Assembly: GCA_963846575.1 (NCBI GenBank)
Contig: CAWJWJ010000001.1
Coordinates: forward strand, 672,001-736,000
Origin: an uncultured Nitrospiraceae bacterium
Lineage (GTDB): Bacteria; Nitrospirota; Nitrospiria; Nitrospirales; Nitrospiraceae
DNA: 64,000 bases
Reading direction: 5' to 3'
A program made the translations under genes and the position numbers. The notes under the pieces were generated by a model. The model was not told the DNA's origin. It saw only the letters and a list, made by a program, of their open reading frames with translations, and ran no database searches. Every line of letters begins with the position of its first letter. Position 1 is the stretch's first letter. Of this stretch, positions 63,266 to 64,000 are shown piece after piece.

Positions 63266-64000
63266 ATGCAGAGACTATGGCCTGTTCTTGCCGGTAGCCT
63301 GGCGCTGGTACTCAATCCACTTTCGATCCGCGCCGGGGAGTTCGAAGGGGTGCTCCATATGACCATGAGCCATATGGCGAGCGGCGGTGCGAGCGCGATG
63401 GACTGGTACTTGAAGGGTGACAAGGCGCGCGTGGAAATGTCGCGTGGCGAAGGCCAGAAAAATGTCATGATTTTTGATGCCCAGAGTAGAATCATGCAAA
63501 TGGCGATGCCAGGGCAGAAGAGTTACATGGAAATCAGCATGGGAGGAGATCGAGGGGAGCATCTGAAGGACGCGCTTGAAAAGCAGTCGGTCGAGCGCAC
63601 AGGGAAGACCGATAAGATTGCCGGATACTCCTGTGAAGTGTGGCGCATCATGGATAAAGAAACCAATCGGCTGAAGAATGATATTTGTGTGGCGAAGGGA
63701 TTCGGCAAAGCCGCCACATTCTGGATCGATCCGAAGGACATGCGGCGGTCCTCGCAACCGGCGTGGGTGAAGCAACTCATCGAAGAAGGGGGATTCGGAC
63801 TCCGGAGTGTCCACTACGATGCGCAGGGCAAAGAATCCTCGCGCATGGAGGTGACCAGTATCGACAAAAAACGGCTCGATGCCGGCCTGTTCGCCTTTCC
63901 ATCCGATTGGCCTAGGCATGATATGTCGGGAATGCAGGAACGGATGAAGGCGATGCGTGAACAACAGGGCCAGGGGGGCGAAGATCTCTCCAACATGGTT
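63266..64000 (+). CDS. DUF4412 exported protein (3' truncated by the window)
   Basis: Manual translation: signal peptide, AGEFEGVL, TGKTDKIAGYSCE, MEVTSIDKK..DAGLFAFP; AGGAG RBS. Confidence 0.75.
   Translation, partial: MQRLWPVLAGSLALVLNPLSIRAGEFEGVLHMTMSHMASGGASAMDWYLKGDKARVEMSRGEGQKNVMIFDAQSRIMQMAMPGQKSYMEISMGGDRGEHLKDALEKQSVERTGKTDKIAGYSCEVWRIMDKETNRLKNDICVAKGFGKAATFWIDPKDMRRSSQPAWVKQLIEEGGFGLRSVHYDAQGKESSRMEVTSIDKKRLDAGLFAFPSDWPRHDMSGMQERMKAMREQQGQGGEDLSNMV

Noticed and set aside
56702..64000. Genomic island integrated at the tmRNA 3' end
   Set aside because: No integrase and no duplicated ssrA 3' end found within the window

Overview
GC-rich bacterial chromosomal window spanning the replication origin. 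Gene content and style suggest a Nitrospira-like organism (inference, not verified). Left arm (1-25 kb): mixed housekeeping and accessory genes including tldD/tldE, SulP, ettA, a selO-headed operon, a frameshifted dabA remnant before an intact P-II gene, and thyX. Core (25.5-37.4 kb): hisS, a dsrEFH/tusDCB-like triad, oriC (DnaA boxes, DnaA-trio module, IHF-like sites), dnaA-dnaN-gyrB-gyrA with no recF, dciA and smpB. Next is a ~19 kb redox/electrophile-stress cluster (DoxX, pirin, DsbA, VOC, SDRs, OsmC, nitroreductase, RidA, AlkA, OxyR, cytochrome c peroxidase) between smpB and tmRNA (ssrA). The right end holds a lipoprotein gene with a sigma54-like promoter, a trehalose-6-phosphate synthase fused to a receptor-like transmembrane module, otsB, PPK2 and a truncated DUF4412 gene. 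No integrase, IS, prophage or CRISPR was seen. The most notable candidate system is the membrane sensor-OtsA fusion. All calls come from motif recognition by eye; no database searches were run.
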